From an uncultured Eubacteriales bacterium (GTDB lineage: Bacteria; Bacillota; Clostridia; Christensenellales; CAG-917): 64,000 bases of DNA. Positions 61,487-64,000 of the stretch are shown piece by piece (position 1 is the stretch's first letter; the number at the start of each line of letters is the position of its first letter). The stretch is from positions 8,304 through 72,303 of the forward strand of contig ONYW01000006.1 in the NCBI GenBank assembly GCA_900322215.1, in the 5' to 3' direction. Made by a program: the position numbers and the translations under genes. Below the pieces are notes generated by a model. It did no database searches and was not told where the DNA came from. It saw only the letters and a list, made by a program, of their open reading frames with translations.

Positions 61487-62284
61487 TTAAAATATGCCGC
61501 AGGCATTTAATATCAACGACACCGCGCTTATAGTCATCAAAATGTACGTGATGAGCATAAACGCCTTTTTGTTGAGTTTCTTTGCGATGAGATTGCCGAC
61601 GATTATCGCGCCGACAAGGACGGCGAGCGAGATGCCGAGGACTGCCATGAGATGTCCGACGTTCTCGGCGGTGAACGCACCGGCGATTATGTCGCGCACG
61701 AGGTTGACTATGTTGAGCACAACCCAAACCATAGAGAGCGTCGAGCGGAACTCGTCTCTGTCTTTGAGTTTTTTCGTCGCATAGATGATGAGGAGAGGAC
61801 CTCCGCACACGAACATGCCGTGTACGACGCCCGCGACGACCAAAATCACGTAGAGCATGACCTCTTTGATTTTGGCGTATTTGTCGACTTCGCCCTCTTC
61901 GAGCACTTTCTCCTTTTTGAAGAAGGTGGTGTATATGCCGATAATCGTGAACAACAGCACGAAACCCGCGAGGATAAAGTATAGAATTTGCTTTGAGACG
62001 TCGGCGTAGTGGATGATGATAAAGCCTATCGCCATACCCGCCGCCATGACTATGCAAATTTTGAGCACTTCCTTCCAGTTTATCGCCTTGAAATTGAGAA
62101 GGACTACGCCGAGCGACGCCGCTATGCCCAAGATATTCAGGATAAGTCTCGCCTCTTCACCGCCGATGAGTATGATAGAAAACGGCATGGCGAGGACCGT
62201 CCCCGCAAAGCCCGTTATCGTCTGCATTATGTTGGCAAGCAGTACGACGATGAAGAATAGCGCGTATCTTGCAGTGCTGTTCAT
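61487..62284 (-). CDS. TauE/SafE-family anion exporter-like membrane protein
   Basis: ATG 62284 (MNSTARYALFFIVVLLANIMQTITGFAGTVLAMPF) overlaps the upstream stop by 1 nt (TGATG). Confidence 0.7.
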   Translation of the reverse strand: MNSTARYALFFIVVLLANIMQTITGFAGTVLAMPFSIILIGGEEARLILNILGIAASLGVVLLNFKAINWKEVLKICIVMAAGMAIGFIIIHYADVSKQILYFILAGFVLLFTIIGIYTTFFKKEKVLEEGEVDKYAKIKEVMLYVILVVAGVVHGMFVCGGPLLIIYATKKLKDRDEFRSTLSMVWVVLNIVNLVRDIIAGAFTAENVGHLMAVLGISLAVLVGAIIVGNLIAKKLNKKAFMLITYILMTISAVSLILNACGIF

Positions 62285-63621
62285 CAGAACTCTTCCACCT
62301 CGAGTCTCAACATGTTGGCAAGGGCTTTCATCTCTTCTTTGATATCGCCCATAGCGACGACAAAGTGCGGCTCCCAACCATTCTTTACGGAGTTTTCGAC
62401 GAGCGCCTTTGCGCTGTCGTCAGTCTTTACGACTATGCTTGTGCCAAGGAATTGTTGCGGTTTGTCAAGCGCCTCGCCCGTTGCGAGGAAGAGCCTGAAC
62501 TCGCCGTTTGACTTTTTGCCTACGCGGAAGATCGTGACTCTCGGCTCCGCCTTGCAGCCGAATTCGAGCGTAGGACCTATCTTTCTATTGCAATGAACGC
62601 CTGCGCGTGCGCCCGTATCCTCGCGTGCAAGCGAGCAAGCGGCAGTACCGCAGTGCCAAAACGTGACCGTGTTCTCGTCCTTGTCCATAGAGACGGGATC
62701 GCCGAAGAACGTAGGACGGCCGTCCGTCAAGAAACTGCCCATATACATTGAGAGTGCGCCGTAGGTGTCCGCTTCGCAGGAAGACGGAATCTCGAGGTCG
62801 TTGAGGATTGCAAGCACCGCGCAAACAGGCGTGCCGAACGCCGTGAAAAAGTCAGGCCAGCAACGAGAGGAAAGCGCGCCGATGTTGTTCTTCTCAACGT
62901 ACTCCTTGTACGCCTTGTAAAGTCTTGCGAAATCTTTTACGTTCTCGGCTTTGATGTCGTGAAGACCTGTGATGCGCGCCTCCGCGTCTTTAAGATACTC
63001 CGCAACTTCCTCGTCCGTGTAGGACTTTGCCATGTCTATGAGTTCTCTTGCCTCGATAGACAAAAGATTTGCGCCGAACTTCGTCACCATCTCGCTGTCA
63101 AGCGCGCGACCGAAGCCAAAGCCCTGCGGAGTGTGTCCGATTTGCAGAATGTTGAGGTGTTTGAGTGCCACTCTCAGTCTTGCCGCTTTGAGCGCGGAAG
63201 AGATTTTTGCCTTCACTTCCTCGTCCTGAGGTGCGCCGAAGACGTACTCGAACGGTCTGCCGAAAGCATGCAACACGTTTGCCGCAGAGTATGCGCCCGT
63301 GAGCGAGTTGAGACGAAGTCTTCCGCCATCAATGACCGGTTCTTTGAGCGTCCAAAGAAGGACGGGACAGTCAAGCGTGCGAAGCACTTCCGTCATATAT
63401 GCGCCGTTTGCAAACGTGATGTTTTGCACGACTGCAAAGTCGGGCTTTTTGTCGTCGATAAACGCATGAAGTTTGTCAAGAGAGAGAAGCATCTCGCTTG
63501 GCACGACGACGGAATCGTCTACGCTCTTCAAGAGCGCGACGGACTTGTCAAATTCTTTCTGTGCGCTTTCCAGGTGGAAAGTCGGAACACCGATTGGAAT
63601 GTACAAATAATTAAATTTCAT
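62284..63621 (-). CDS. L-fucose/L-arabinose isomerase-family protein
   Basis: 445 aa. MKFNYLYIPIGVPTFHLESAQKEF.. and overall layout resemble the FucI-like family. RBS AAGGGA. Confidence 0.65.
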   Translation of the reverse strand: MKFNYLYIPIGVPTFHLESAQKEFDKSVALLKSVDDSVVVPSEMLLSLDKLHAFIDDKKPDFAVVQNITFANGAYMTEVLRTLDCPVLLWTLKEPVIDGGRLRLNSLTGAYSAANVLHAFGRPFEYVFGAPQDEEVKAKISSALKAARLRVALKHLNILQIGHTPQGFGFGRALDSEMVTKFGANLLSIEARELIDMAKSYTDEEVAEYLKDAEARITGLHDIKAENVKDFARLYKAYKEYVEKNNIGALSSRCWPDFFTAFGTPVCAVLAILNDLEIPSSCEADTYGALSMYMGSFLTDGRPTFFGDPVSMDKDENTVTFWHCGTAACSLAREDTGARAGVHCNRKIGPTLEFGCKAEPRVTIFRVGKKSNGEFRLFLATGEALDKPQQFLGTSIVVKTDDSAKALVENSVKNGWEPHFVVAMGDIKEEMKALANMLRLEVEEF

Positions 63622-63671
63622 ATTTTATCCCTTATAAAAAGATAGTTTAAGTGCCTTTTATGTTTTTAAAT

Positions 63672-63777
63672 CGCTCAGGTTGGATGAGATGCTAGAAAAG
63701 GCACCTTTGGGAGAAGGGCGCGTACTGACCCGACTACCAAAGGCGGCTTGACAACGCAGGTCGCCAAGCTGTGCGGT
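63672..63777. repeat. Second full copy of the flank-motif element, with a different internal hairpin
   Basis: TTGGATGAGATGC (63680-63692) and GCAGGTCGCCAA (63756-63767) enclose a CCTTTGG..CCAAAGG stem. Ends immediately adjacent to the stop at 63778-63780. Confidence 0.7.
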
Positions 63778-64000
63778 TTAATAATACAATTCTTTGTTCT
63801 CCCCCACAAGTCCTATATGCGCCCCCTGCTTTACAAGCGGTTCGCGGTCTTTGTGAGCAAGCACCCACTTGTTCCTTTGAAGGAGCAGTACGGACTCGCT
63901 GTCGCCGTTTTGGTGCTTGCCTGCGTGCGGTGTGTTTGTTCCGCGCGGCAGGATCACGACGCCCTTAAAGCCCTCGTCGGTCACCTTGCACGGAGAGAGG
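63778..64000 (-). CDS. C-terminal part of an unidentified protein (gene continues beyond the right edge)
   Basis: The frame is open from base 64000 to the stop at 63778 (..KVTDEGFKGVVILPRGTNTPHAGKHQNGDSESVLLLQRNKWVLAHKD..). The listed start is only the first GTG in the window. Confidence 0.5.
   Translation of the reverse strand, partial: LSPCKVTDEGFKGVVILPRGTNTPHAGKHQNGDSESVLLLQRNKWVLAHKDREPLVKQGAHIGLVGENKELYY

Overview
This is a 64-kb chromosomal window of roughly 50% GC. I infer a spore-forming Bacillota/Clostridia-type bacterium from a gerA/gerB/gerC-type germinant-receptor operon, Gram-positive-style Shine-Dalgarno sites and hairpin+T-run terminators. I can support about 50 protein genes and 5 tRNAs (fMet, Met, Glu and Val in one minus-strand operon, plus Arg-CCT). 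I found no rRNA, CRISPR array, integrase, transposase, phage gene or recognisable defence gene, so the window looks mostly core/metabolic, not like an island. Main blocks: a split Na+-translocating oxaloacetate decarboxylase operon; a large collagen-like/GLUG lipoprotein; cstA; a TldD/PmbA pair; birA plus a ZIP transporter; the ger operon; lepB; glgB; a dlt-like operon; an ABC exporter plus an 811-aa exoprotein; a redox and fatty-acid cluster; and a sugar-utilisation block. Candidates most worth a second look: (1) a six-gene Dlt-like surface-acylation operon that contains a fold-type-III PLP decarboxylase and sits behind a roughly 170-nt terminator/antiterminator leader. (2) A cluster built around a P. 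acnes PAI-like linoleate isomerase, with a CrtI-type oxidoreductase, an FNR/2Fe-2S partner and a divergent acyl-ligase/ACP/thioesterase operon. (3) Several families of structured non-coding repeats that no gene model explains: long hairpin elements that start at stop codons and share conserved flanks (including one site where the flanks sit side by side with nothing between them), GATGATATG-linked arrays of short hairpins in 3' UTRs, and 46-, 95-, 148- and 209-bp tandem repeats near tRNAs. All protein calls rest on motifs read by eye and remembered family signatures. No BLAST, HMM or folding program was run, so every call needs confirmation.
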